Assembly (NCBI RefSeq): GCF_018350175.1
Contig: NC_058368.1
Span: forward strand, 174,780,001-174,844,000
Origin: Felis catus
Lineage: Eukaryota
Length of the DNA stretch: 64,000 bases
Direction of reading: 5' to 3'
The notes under the pieces were generated by a model. That model worked only from the letters and a program-made list of their open reading frames with translations, was not told where the DNA came from and made no database searches. Below are positions 48,139 through 60,378 of the stretch, piece after piece (the stretch's first letter is position 1; each line of letters opens with the position of its first letter). Position numbers and translations under genes: made by a program.

Positions 48139-48365
48139 AGGGTCATCTGGGTGGCTCAGTCAGTTAAGCGTCCGACTCTTGATCTCAGCTGAGGTCGTGA
48201 TCTCCTGGTTCGTGGGTTCGGGCCCCACCACCGGGCTCTGCGCTAACAGGGCAGAGCCTGCTTGGATTCTGTCTCCCTCTCTCTCTCTAGCTCTCCCCCA
48301 CTTGCTCTCTATCTTTCTCTCAAAAATAATGAAAACAAACTTTAAAAAAAATTTAAAACGTTTTT
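48139..48365 (+). mobile_element. Can-SINE
   Basis: gggtcatctgggtggctcagtc head, (CT)n, A tail. Confidence 0.92.
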
Positions 48366-49078
48366 AAAGGGCAAGCGTATTAGCCACAGCCACCCAGGGC
48401 AAGGGGCAATGATTGAGACAAACCAAAGAGCAAACTAACAAAAAAAAGTTTGGGAAGAAAGGCTGAGGAAAGAAATGCTTTGGGGAACAAGGACTTTGAA
48501 AAGTTACCACCGGTCCCTGGAAATCGAGACGCCGAGAGGCATGCCCAGGGCCGGGTACCTGCTATGAAAAGACCTGCTTGACCTTCAGGCTCTTCGCTAG
48601 CAAGAAGAGAAAGCAAAGGCAGAGCTGAAAAACCACCCGGCGGAGGGCCAGCGGTGCACACGGAGACACACGGAATCCACCGGCAAAGACTGGGAATTTT
48701 GCGTTGTTGGTGCCAGACATTTAAAGAATCAGCCACAAGTTAATGGAACATAGACTTCAGGAGCCACGCGGAACAAAGACTGCAGGCTGCGGAATTCAGT
48801 TCAGGAAATTCACTAAACAAACGCACTAAACACAAACCATAACCAGCAGCGGCAATACACCTTGGGGAGGGAAGACAATCTGGTTGCCAGAATTGCTGTA
48901 TTAACATATTCAAAACTTCCGTGTTTCAACAAAAAGATTATGAATCACACAACTGAACAAAAATGCATGGCCCACACAACATGAAAAAAGGAAAAAAAAA
49001 AAACAATTAATAGACAGTGTTCCTAGAACGCCCAGATGTTGGACTTACTAGACAAAGACTTTAAACCAACTGAAATAA

Positions 49079-49192
49079 GGGCACCTGGCTGGCTCAGTTG
49101 GAAATGCATGTGACTTTTGATCTTGGGGTGGGTCATGAGTTCGAGCCCCAGTTGGGCGTAGAGATTAAATAAAAAAAAAACTTTAAAACAAT
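49079..49192 (+). mobile_element. Short old Can-SINE lacking the (CT)n region
   Basis: gggcacctggctggctcagttgg..gagttcgagcccca..gtagagatt; TSD aaa(c/t)caact(g/a)aaata. Confidence 0.85.
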
Positions 49193-50949
49193 AAATCAAC
49201 TAAAATATGCTCAAAGAAGAAACCAAGAGCTGAATTAACTAAAGGACTAAAGTAAACCCTGCCAGTGGTGTCTCTTCAAATAGACATTGTCAATAGAGAG
49301 AGATTACCAAATGGAACTAAATAGAAATTAGAGAGTTGAAAAAACCAAGAATTGAAATGAAACGGGATGAAACTCCTCAAACAAAAGCCACATTAGGTAG
49401 TGGTGATAGTCGCACAACTTGTTAAGTGTGCTAAAAAATACTGAATTCAGTACACTGAGTAAAGCAGTAGTTTTATGTTATGTGAATTGTACCTCAAATT
49501 TGTACGGTCATATATGCTCATTGTGAACATTGTTTCAAGTACAGAATTATATAAATTAAAAGTGAACGTCTTTCTCTTCTTGCATTCCTCAGAACTAATA
49601 GGCATCAGTGGTTTGCTAGGTACCCTCCTAGACCTTTCTACTACACACACACACACGCGCACACACGCATGCACATGAACATAAAGGTTGAGGTGTTGTA
49701 AAATGGGGTGGTAATTATAATACGGGTCTGCGATCTGCTTTATTCATTGAACGTGAATACACAGACTCGTTAACATAAATAGCTACTTTACATTCTCTTT
49801 TCACCATTTGCTTAAGTTTCTGTAGAATGGACGTACGATCATTTTTTATAACTCTTGTTCTATTGATAGGCATTTAGCATGCACACAACTTTTCACTGTT
49901 ATGAACAATGCTGCAACTAACTGTGCGTATATCTTTGCACACTTGATGAGGCAACTCTGTAGGATGGGTTGATTAAATTTAATTTGCTGATAATATATAG
50001 TAAGTTGCTGTTGGTGTATATTGTATGTTCCCTGAAGGAGTTTTATGGGAGCCTTCCGTTTTCCAATTTACAAAAATCTAATGATATCAGCACTTATTCG
50101 TAGAGATGTATCTGGGAAGAGGGACAAACAGTGACTAGAATTATACCTACATGTGAAAGCAATGATAACCTACGGCCCTTGAAAAAGAGCAAATGCAGTT
50201 AGCAAAATGCCGCTTGCTTCCTTAACTTCTGCCAATAAAGACCCTTTGCGGTGGTTGCTAACTTCAACCACACCTAACGTCTGCAAGAATTTAGATGTCT
50301 CCGTTCTCCCAGCTTCTCTGTTTCCCGACACAAATCCCATCCATGTTTGCAAGGCTGGGCGTGTGGATGGTGGGCCAGTCTGAATGCTAACAGGAACCAA
50401 CTAGACCCTGATCCCACAGAGTCCCAGCCCTGGGACATAGACACACAGGTTTATTGGGTCCCCATAACTGATCAAATATTGGCGATCGTTCCTAAGGTCA
50501 AATATGGGCGATCGTTCCTAAGATCAATCTCCACCTTTGGCTTGGGGTTTCAGCTAACAGTGAGGAAATCACCAGGTTCTGGGAGAGCAGGTGCCCAGAT
50601 AGTCCAGAGTATCCCTGATTCCTGGAGTTCAGCAGTAATTCTAGTCCATCGTTGACTTTGGTCCTCACACTGTGGGAACATGCAAGGGGAAGAGCCATGC
50701 ATGGAATGTGATAGACAAGGATTGTAAACCTCGCTTTGGCAGGTTAAGAAAAATTATCCAAAACATGAAAACAATGCAAAAAGATGGCTGGCCGATGGGC
50801 TTCTCCAATTATTTAATTTAATACTAATAAAGAGTTCTTTCATTCTGTGGGGAGCGTTCCTCTGTTTGATTTGCTATTTCCTATTTAAGATTCAGGCTCC
50901 GTGGAGTTGCATACTAACTTGTAGAGCTTTCCCCGATAGAGATGCACCG

Positions 50950-51095
50950 AGGCCCGTTGAGTTGCCCAGGATGTGGACTCGGAGATAGAAGTGTGCTGGA
51001 GGGCGCTCATTAGGGGGCGCTCTTGGAATCGTCACTTGTGAAAAGAAGAGGAGCAGCACCGGACCGAAGGAGAATTTGAGTTCCACTTGCCCACG
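50950..51095. mobile_element. LTR33/LTR16-like ERVL LTR fragment
   Basis: ggactcggagatagaagtgtg..cattagggggcgctcttggaatcgtcacttgtga..ggagaatttga. Confidence 0.5.
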
Positions 51096-51239
51096 ATGCA
51101 AATAATTTCTATCCGGAATAGAAAAGATACCTGCAGAAGTTAGGATTGTCTTGCCCCGCCGGACAGAAGCCAGTCTTGTCCCAAACTTAGCAACATTTTC
51201 TCAGCAAATTATTATTATTATTATTATTATTAACAGCAA

Positions 51240-51720
51240 CTCCTGCTTCAAACCCCCAGTGGCTTTCCAGGGCTCAGGGAATAAAATCCAAACTCCTTAG
51301 TGCAGCTTGTGAGACCTGGCACCTTCACTACTTTGTGGTGCTCTCTGCCCACCTACCTCCCTGACCCCCTCCCTCCTCGCTGCTCACTCCAATCACGGTG
51401 GCTTGAAGTTCCTTGAGTGTGCCCGCTCCATCCCGACTCAGGACCTCTGGATGAGCTGCTCCTTCTGCCTAGAACGAACCATTTCCCAAATTATCCCAAA
51501 CTCTCGCACTGTCTCGTCACTCGGGTCTCAGCTCGCAAGCTATGTCCCCGGGAGACCTAATGTGACCACGAGAGCCACCTATACGTCCCATGCTCCCACC
51601 CCCAGCCTTCCTGTCTCCATCACCTCGCCCTTCGCCCTGCGTCTGCATAGAACTGAGTCATTTCTGATATGATCTGGCTCACTGATTTGCCTATTTACAT
51701 ATCGTCTATCTCCCTGTCAA
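51240..51720 (+). mobile_element. L2 3' fragment
   Basis: cagtggctttcca..gaataaaatccaaactcctta..ctgctccttctgcctagaac. Confidence 0.75.
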
Positions 51721-51889
51721 CTGTGGGAGCCCCAGAGACTACCAGAAAAACCTGTCGATCAGGCAAAGCTAAGTTTATAAGAAACACTGCGGTCAGGGAG
51801 GGCACTGCCTGGACAGAGTCTCAGGAGTGTCTGAATAAGGGAATTTGGAGGAAGGTATCTGCAGGGTTTTAGGTCCTCGGTATCTGAAT

Positions 51890-52109
51890 TTTTTTCCGTT
51901 TTTTAAAAATGTTTGTTTATTTTGGAGAGAGAGTGTGTGTGAGCAGGGGAGGGGCAGAGAGAGAGGGAGAGACAGAATCCGCAGCAGGCTCCAGGCTCTG
52001 AGCTGTCAGCACAGAGCCCGACGCGGGGCTCGAACCCACCAACCCTGAGATCATGACCTGAGCCGAAGTCAGCTGCTCATCCCACTGAGCCAGCCCCCCA
52101 GGTGCCCCC
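51890..52109 (-). mobile_element. Can-SINE
   Basis: Reverse body; degenerate TSD ggt(a/g)tctga. Confidence 0.94.
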
Positions 52110-52274
52110 GTTGGTGTCTGATTTTTTCAGTCAGGTCTTGCAAAGCAGAGAGCTGGTTGAGATGGGGCAGGTTTTAGGACACAGCAGCTCTCAACTGTCA
52201 GACAAAGCAAGGCAGGGGTCCTGGGTCTCGATGAGCAAGCTGTTAGTTTTCTTCCTTTCTTTAAAAAAAAATTG

Positions 52275-52515
52275 AGGGGCACTTAGGTGGCTCAGTCGGT
52301 TAAGCATCCAACTCTTGATTCCGGCTCAGATCATGATCTTACAGTTCACGAGTTTGAGCCCCACACTGGGCTCTGTGCTGACAGCGGGCGGTCTGCTTGG
52401 GATTTTCTCTCTCTCTCTCTCTTTCTCTCTGCCCCTCCCCTGCTTGCCTGCGCTTGCTCTCTCTCTCTCTCTCTCTCTAAATAATTAAACATTTTAAAAA
52501 ACTAAAAAATTAAAA
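52275..52515 (+). mobile_element. Can-SINE
   Basis: ggggcacttaggtggctcagtc head, (CT)n, A tail. Confidence 0.93.
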
Positions 52516-52519
52516 TTTA

Positions 52520-53455
52520 TGATATAATTGACACTAACATTGTATTCATTTTAGTTGTACAACATAATGATTTGATATACGTAAATGTGAAGCGATCACC
52601 ACAATGTTTAGTTAATGTCTGTCACCGCTCGTAGCTACAAAACAATTTTTTTTCTTGTGACAAGTCGTAAGATCTACTCTCTTAGCAACTTTCAAACATA
52701 CAATGCAGTATTGTTAACTGTAGTCACCATGCCGTCTGGCGTATCCCCAGCACTGACTTATTTTACAACTGGAAGTTTGTGCCTTTTGACTAGCTTTACC
52801 CAATTTCTCCCATTCACCCCCATCTTCCCCCTCTGGCAACCACCAATCGGTTCTCTGTATCTATGAATTGGGGGCTTTTTATTTGTTTGTATTTTATTTT
52901 ATTTTTAACTTTTTAAATTAATTAATTGATTGATTATTTTTAATGTTTATTTTTAGAGAGACAGAGCGTGAGCAGGAGAGGGGCAGAGAGAGAGGGAGAC
53001 ACAGAATCCGAAGCAGGCTCCGGGCTCTGAGCTGTCAGCACAGAGCCCGACGCGGGGCTGAAACTCATGAACTGCAAGATTGTGACCTGAGCCGAAGTCG
53101 GACGCTTCGCCGACCGAGCCACAGCAGGCGTCCCTGTTTGTATTTTCGATTCCACCTGTAAGTGAGATCATACGGTATTTGTCTTCCTCTGATTTATTTT
53201 ACTTAGCTCAATGCTCTCAAGGTCCATCCAGGTTGTCACAAATGGCAGGCAGAATGGCATGCCATTATGTGTAATCTATCTGTCTATCTATCTATCCACT
53301 TTTTCTTTATCCGCTTGTCCACTGATGAACACTTAGGTCATTTCCAGTCTTGCCTGTTGTAAATAGTGCTGTAATAAACATAGCAGTGCAGATATCTTTT
53401 TGAGGTTGTGATTTGACTTTCTTCATATAAATACTCAGAAGTGGAGTTGCTATCT
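52520..53455 (-). mobile_element. L1MA/carnivore L1 3' end, interrupted by a SINE
   Basis: tgtacaacataatgatttgata..aagatctactctcttagcaactttcaa..gattccacctgtaagtgagatcatacggtatttgtc. Confidence 0.9.
52880..53134 (-). mobile_element. Can-SINE in L1
   Basis: Reverse body with extended AT-rich tail. Confidence 0.94.
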
Positions 53456-53534
53456 TATATTCCAAGACCCTAGGACAGGGCCTATCGTGTAGTAGGTATT
53501 TCATAAATATTTGTTGATTAAAAATTATTACTTT

Positions 53535-53760
53535 GGGGGCGCCTGGGTGGCGCAGTCGGTTGAGCGTCCGACTTCAGCCAGGTCACGATCTCGCGGTCTG
53601 TGAGTTCGAGCCCCGTGTCGGGCTCTGGGCTGATGGCTCAGAGCCTGGAGCCTGTTTCCGATTCTGTGTCTCCCTCTCTCTCTGCCCCTCCCCCGTTCCT
53701 GCTCTGTCTCTCTCTGTCCCAAAAATACATAAACGTTGAAAAAAAAAAATTAAAAAAAAA
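53535..53760 (+). mobile_element. Young felid Can-SINE
   Basis: TSD aaaatt(a/c)ttactttg. Confidence 0.97.
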
Positions 53761-54494
53761 ATTCTTACTTTGTCCTTAAAGCTGGTCATGACCCTGGACA
53801 AGACGCTTCACTTCCGCAAAATAAAGATAGATAAAGATAAATAAATGTACTGAGTATCTATCATTTGCCAGACGCCCTCCTGAGCGCTACGGACTCAGGG
53901 GTAAGCCCAATCAGGTTTCCACCTTCATGGGGCTAATACCCCAGTGCCGAAAGGCAGGAAATAAAGAAGCCAACAAGTGAATAAAAAGAATTACAGACTG
54001 TGTGCGTCCATATTTCTGTGCAATTCTTGTTAGAATGCCAGGTGTATTTTCTTGAGAGTGAGTCCAAAGAAAAGCTACACTCCACTGAAAATCATAATGA
54101 AGACAGTTTACTTAGATTATGTTTCATTATTGTTTTTATTACAAAAGCAATCCGTGCTTGTTGCAGAAGTGAAATAATTTTTTAAGGATACAAAGAAAAA
54201 AATCAGAAAATCTACCACTAGCCCCTCCGAACATCTGCTTGGTGGGAGTCCTTCCACCTAGTTTTCCAGGATTATTTACATATACATAGAGATACATATG
54301 TACCAAGTTATAGCATCAGCATCACGTAAAAAGTACGAGTGTGTGTATGTGTGTGTGCATGGGCATATATATATATAATCTTGTTCTGTTGTCAGTAAAT
54401 GAACTTGTACTTCAAACATGGTTCTGTCTTAGTTTTTGTACCTAATGATCCATCACGACATTCACTCCAGTCAGTAGGTAGAGATCTTCCTCCA

Positions 54495-54682
54495 TTTTTT
54501 TTTTTTTAAAGAAAGAGAGTGTGTGAGCAGAGTTGGGGAGAGGGGCAGAGGGAGAAAGGGAGAAAGTCTCAAGGAGTCTCCATGCTCAGCCTGACACAGG
54601 GCTCAGACTCACGACCTTGGGATCATGACCTGAGCAGAAATCAAGAGTTGGACGCTCAACTGACTGAGCCGCCACCCAGGCT
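54495..54682 (-). mobile_element. Older Can-SINE
   Basis: ggggcagagggaga..gatcatgacctgagcagaaatcaagagttggacgctcaac. Confidence 0.88.
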
Positions 54683-54870
54683 CAACCAATGTCTACTGGA
54701 GGACGTTACAAACTCAGGATTAATGCCCCAGCTCAACAAAGTCTGACTCAGTCATAACATTTGCCTCCTTTGAGAAAGAGCATGCATGGCAAACATTCTT
54801 TCCCAGGTGACCACACTCAAACAGCTGGTGTGAGCAACAAGCTTTCTGACTTGAAAAGTAAGCCCAGAGC

Positions 54871-55100
54871 GGCGCCTAGGTGGCTCAGTCGGTTGAGCGT
54901 CTGACTTCAGCCCGGGTCACGATCTCGCAGTCTGTGAGTTCGAGCCCCGCGTCAGGCTCTGGGCTGATGGCTCAGAACCTGGAGCCTTCTTCCGATTCTG
55001 TGTCTCCCTCTCTCTCTGCCCCTCCCCCATTCATGCTCTGTCTCTTTCTGTCTCAAAAGTAAACAAACATTAAAAAAAAAAAAATTAAAAAAAAAAGAAA
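54871..55100 (+). mobile_element. Can-SINE
   Basis: Perfect TSD gaaaagtaagcccagag. Confidence 0.96.
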
Positions 55101-55549
55101 AGAAAAGTAAGCCCAGAGGCTAACACTGTATCCGAATCCTTTATCATTTAAATTCTGTTTTCCTTTTTTTTTTTTTTTTTTTTTTTGGCAAATTCTATTT
55201 ACTTTTGACTTGAATTCTAGCATCGAGGAAAAAAAGCAAACACCAAGCACAAGCATGAAACAGCTACGATTCTAGAAATACACAACGTGTGTATTTCACA
55301 ACCATTCCCAACATGAATGGTTACGATGTGGGTCTGACACTTGCCTTGGAAATCTTGATGTTTAAAATAAATATTTTAAAGAAATGTGCCTTTTGAATTG
55401 AATGGAACAAATGGTACTGCTTGCAAACGGAGGTAAATAGCAGGGATTTTTTTTGTGCTGGGTGTGAGACACTTAGATTGTAGTGTGGACTGAATCAGGA
55501 CAAGGGATTTTCATTTGTTTGCTTGTGCCTTTTAAGAAAGTACTGACCA

Positions 55550-55778
55550 GGGGCGCCTGGGTGGCACAGTCGGTTAAGCGTCCGACTTCAGCCAGATCAC
55601 CATCTCTCCGTCCGTGAGTTCGAGCCCCGCGTCAAGCTCTGGGCTGATGGCTCGGAGCCTGGAGCCTGCTTCCGATTCTGTGTCTCCCTCTCTCTCTGCC
55701 CCTCCCCCGTTCATGCTCTGTCTCTCTCTGTCCCAAAAATAAATAAAAAACGTTGAAAAAAAATTAAAAAAAAAAAAA
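55550..55778 (+). mobile_element. Young felid Can-SINE
   Basis: Perfect TSD aagaaagtactgacca. Confidence 0.97.
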
Positions 55779-55847
55779 GAAAGTACTGACCAAATGTATT
55801 CTTTCTCAGTGATTGGTGGTATTCATTTTTGGGCTAGGCCCTTTTCT

Positions 55848-56070
55848 TTTTTTTTTTTTTTTTAAATTTCTTTAACATTTATTTATTTTTAGAGAGACAG
55901 AGCATGAGTGGGGGAGGGACAGAGAGAGAGAGGGAGACACAGAATCCGAAGCAGGCTCCAGGCTCTGAGCTGTCAGCACAGAGCCCCACGCGGGGCTTGA
56001 ACCCACGAACTGTGAGATCATGACCTGCGCTGAAGTTGGACCCTTAACCGACTGAGCCACCCAGGCGCCC
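55848..56070 (-). mobile_element. Can-SINE
   Basis: TSD cccttttct. Confidence 0.96.
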
Positions 56071-56090
56071 CCTTTTCTAATTCTTCTCAG

Positions 56091-56250
56091 GTTACTCTCC
56101 ACCTGGTCCCAGTCTGAAGGCTTTCAAAAATCCCTTGACTCCTTCAGGTTTCAAGATATTCTTCGGCTCCAGGAAAGCCAGGGGAGGAAGCACTAAAATC
56201 TTTTCAACATCCTGCAGGATGCCATTAATGACAAAGAATCCAATATAACG
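56091..56250 (+). other. Candidate 160-nt internal exon (non-coding or small ORF)
   Basis: Acceptor cttttctaattcttctcag/G and donor ACG/GTGAGC around sequence I do not recognise as a repeat. Confidence 0.35.
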
Positions 56251-58014
56251 GTGAGCTCGGGTGTGGGTAGGGAGTCCAGGCTCGACTCCAGATCCTGCCC
56301 TCTCCCAACTGAAACCTGGGAAAAATCGCTGAGCCCTTCTGAATCTCAGTTTCCCCATTAGTAGAACGGAGGGGGTCACCAAGCAGTGGTAGGGGGGACA
56401 CTTTCTCTGCTGTGGGCTTACAACGAGCTAATGGCTCTAGAACGTGTGGGCTAGCCTGTAATTCATAGCTGTCTTTATTACGAGTAAAACATAGTCTCTG
56501 ATCTCCAGAGCTTGCGCTCTTTAGGAGAGAGAGATGTGTGGAAAGGGGGAGGTCTGGCATCCTGGTAGTGGGAACATATTCCCAAAAAACAAGGAGGTAC
56601 GAAAAAGTAGGTCAGGATGCAGAAGGGAGGGCATAATGGAAGGACAGACGGAGGCATGATGGAAGGTGGCGGAAACCAAGAAATCTCTGCTTCCATGAGA
56701 AGACTTGGCATTTGATTTCGGCTTTCGCCATTGGTAGAGTCGTCCAGTCTCCCAGCCACGTTGACCACTGGGGCTGATGCGGGTGGTCCTAGATTCCCAG
56801 AGGAGTCCTGAAGGCCACCAAAGTGGCCCCATTCAAACTTTGAAGCCCATCCCTGAGCACCAGTGCTGAGCCCGCCTGACCTCTTGTACATTTGCTACGA
56901 TTCCTGAAAGGCTTCTTGACGTTGAAGAAAGGCTGCTTCCACTTACAGATCGGAAGGGGGCATCAGGCCTTTCTGTGCCGAGGCCCAGAATGGGACACAA
57001 CTGTGATTCGCACGCCATAAACCTTGGTGAGTCTGACTCACCTCAGTGGTCCGGTGCGAAATGGGCTCGCAGGGGAGCCGCAGCGACTGGCAGCTTTCCT
57101 GGGCGCTGTGGGAGAGACGGGAGGGAGGTGAAGTTTGAGCACATTCTGTTCTGCGGACTCCAGGCTGCGGAGGCGGAAAGGCCAAAATCCAGCTCGCCGA
57201 TGGTGCTGTGTGCACGTGCACCTCCTTGAAGGAAGAACTTGCCGTTTGCCATGAGGAGAGCAAAGCCGGTCAGAGGCATGGACGGGATTATACACCCAGC
57301 TCAGGTGTCCCTGGAAAGAAGCCTCCACGAGAAAAAGGATGCTTGATGCCTTGCCTGCTCTTCATGCCAGTTCCTGGCACAGAGCGGGCTTGGAGCTGGG
57401 CCCTCCGTGCTCCTCGGAGACTCGAAATACCATCCTTCGCAGGGTCCTCATCCCTGCCCTTGGCCAAACCCCCGTCGGCACAGAACAGGCGCCACTGACC
57501 ACAAGACCTGCTGAGTTGGGCAACCCCCCTCCCCAAAATCGGGGGCGGGGGAGGGGAAGCGGCCTTCCTCCAGGTCCTTGTGTCTTCTTTCTTCCCCCCC
57601 ACCCCCGCCGTCTTCCTTGTTCCTCTTCCCTCCCCCGCAATCACCAAGGAAGCTCCTAGTGTTCTTCTTCTGATAGGTACCGCATTTAGTGCTCCCTGGC
57701 ACCCGGCCCCCAGTCTGTGTGCCCAAGCCCAAGTAAATATCCCACTGTGTTCACCAGGCCCAACACCGAAGGGGAGAATCCGGCGTCGGAGGTGGTTGGG
57801 ATTATAAACAGGAAGAAATGTTTTCTTTTGAAGGAATCCACGCTCAGCTCCAAGAGAAGAACCAAACCCCGCCCAGGAGAAACAGAACAGCCAACCTCTT
57901 GTCTTCCCGAGATGCGTCTGGAACTAATAGGTTCCTTAGATATTTGCGTAACAAATTACTCCAGTATTTAGTGACTGGCAATAACAATAGTAACGTATTA
58001 TGTCGCATCATTTC

Positions 58015-58350
58015 CGTAGGTCAGACATTTGTGAGCGGCTCACCTGGGCCGCTGTGGCCTGGGGGTCTTGCAGGCGGCTCGGCAGAGATGTCAGCCAAGA
58101 CTACTTTGGTCATCTGAAGGCTTGAGTGGGGCTGGAGGATCCATTTCCCCCCAGGGCTGTTGGTAGGAGGCCCCAGGTCCTCTCCACGCAGCTGCTTGAG
58201 CGAACTCACAGCATGGCGGTCGGCTCCCTCCAGAGCAAGTGATCCAAGCGACTGAAGTAGCACCTGCAAGGCTTAGTGTGATCCAGCCTCACAACACACA
58301 CACCACCACTTCTGCCATGCCATATTCTATCATCACACGGACAGCTCTGA
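58015..58350 (-). mobile_element. Old MLT1 LTR fragment
   Basis: ggtcatctgaaggcttgagtggggctggaggatcca..tcacagcatggcggtcggctccctccagagcaagtgatccaag. Confidence 0.7.
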
Positions 58351-58619
58351 CTTTCTGTCTGGAGGAGACTACAGGAGGGCGGGAGGAACAGAGGCCCAGG
58401 ATCACTGGGTGGAGGGAGGGAGGTCATCCTGCAGGCTGATTAGCAGCAGCTCACAGTCTATCTGTGTTCTTTTCCTGCCTGTGCCTTTCCCGTTGAGCCC
58501 CGTTTTTGCTTCCATTCCCTTCAGCTTCGTACCTTTGTCCGTGAGGTTCCCACAGCTCTCGACGATTCCCTGATCTGAGCTTCTTCTCCTCCTTCCTCTG
58601 ACAGTTAAAAATAAATGAT

Positions 58620-58780
58620 ACACGAGGTAACCATAAAATGGGGATTTCACGCCCGCCTCCATGTAACTGTTGTGTAACAAACCTACATAAAATGCCTAGT
58701 GCAGCACCTGGCTCATATTAGGCATGCAATAAATGCTAATGGCTCTTTTTATTATCATTGCTATTATTATTTCTATTACA
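58620..58780 (+). mobile_element. MIR 3' part
   Basis: taaaatggggat..tacataaaatgcctagtgcagcacctggctcatatt..caataaatgcta. Confidence 0.65.
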
Positions 58781-59534
58781 GTATTATTAACTCCATCGCT
58801 GTCCACACAATCACGCCATTATGAACCGCCTTGCGGAAAGCCTAGCCTGCAACCCCACTCCCGCAGCAGGTAAGGGGATGGTTCGGCCGACAAACACCTG
58901 CATTGCCTTCCTATCCACCTTAACGCCTTGCGACACATAGTGTAGCATTCATATAAGAATGCATGACCAGACTCCAAACGCCTTGCAAAATAACTTCCGT
59001 TTCTACTGCAGTCTTTGAGGGGGAAGCAAGAAGGATGGGACCAGAGCCTAAAGCCACGTCTTCTAAAAACTCTCTCCGGACGTCCTCCCTCCCCCAGCCC
59101 CAGCACTCGGGCAGCAGCTTCTGGAAGCCTTCCTTGCTCCCTGCTCTCCTCCCAGACACTCCTCGCCTGCCTCCTACAGCATCTCCCGCCTGATCCTCCA
59201 ACTGCCCCGTCTCCTTGTCTCTCCTTCAAAGAAGATTCCAAACGAGAAACCGAAAGGCGTGTTTAAATCACTCACAGCAATTTAACGTTGCTGCGACATC
59301 GAAGCACTTCCCAGAAATCACTTGCCATCGCTTTCTCAGAAATCCATTTTTATTGTACTTAATAGAAGTACTGGTCCACAACAGATTAGAAATGAAAAGC
59401 CAAAACCAAAACCAACTGATCTTTCACCAAAAATAATGCGAGATGCTCTCGCGTTCCCGAGAGAACACGAGCGTTTTGTGCCAAGTTCCCTTTAGCATCT
59501 GACTGCAACCACTCACCAGTGTTCCCCTGGTCGA

Positions 59535-59730
59535 GGAGGGCAGCTCAGCCGAACCCGGATTTGAATCCCAGCTCCTCCCAGACCAGCTTTCCCCAAAGCT
59601 GCTCTTTTTGAGCGTCACTTTCCTTATCGATAAACTGGGGATCATAATGTCTGTCTCCCAGTGCTCCCAGTGCACAGTCGCCACGCTTGGCGCTGAGAAT
59701 GTGCTCGACAACGAATAGCTTTTATTATCA
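59535..59730 (+). mobile_element. MIR
   Basis: ggatttgaatcccagctc..tttccttatcgataaactggggatcataat. Confidence 0.6.
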
Positions 59731-59849
59731 CTGGTGAGGTTTTTCGTTGGCTATCGGAAGAAAATTACCTTCAGTGGCTTCAGTTCCCGAGATATGTCCA
59801 GGAGCTGTGTCATTTACAAATGGAGCTCAGGGCTCAGCTGAAGAGAAAA

Positions 59850-59850
59850 T

Positions 59851-59906
<56 letters not shown>

Positions 59907-60378
59907 TACATACATATATGTATATATATGTATATGTATATATATGTATATATGTATATGTATATATGTATATTATATATATTAAACATAATATATATTA
60001 AGTATAATATATTAAATATAATATATATTATATTTATTATATGTATATATTATATATTATATTATATTATATTATATTATATTTTTATTATAACTTATAT
60101 ATTATATATTATAATATATATTATATATTATATATTATATATTATATATTATATATTATATATTATAATATATTATAATATATATTATATATTATAATAT
60201 ATAATATATATTATATATTATATTATATATTTCTATATTCTATATTCTATATTCTATATTATAAATATAATATATATTTATTATATAAATATACTTATAT
60301 GATATATTATAAATTATAAATATAATATATATTATATTTATTATATAAATATATTTATATTATATATTCTATATATTC
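59850..60378. repeat. Extremely AT-rich (TA)n/(TATAA)n low-complexity tract with a (CA)n block
   Basis: Read directly. Confidence 0.97.

Larger units (their letters stand above)
47745..49370 (+). mobile_element. Old L1M (L1MD-like) 5' end / ORF1 start remnant
   Basis: gtcagaatcaactttatcagaactctggaa, cccagatgttggacttactagacaaagactttaaa, aaatagaaattagagagttgaaa. Confidence 0.7.
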
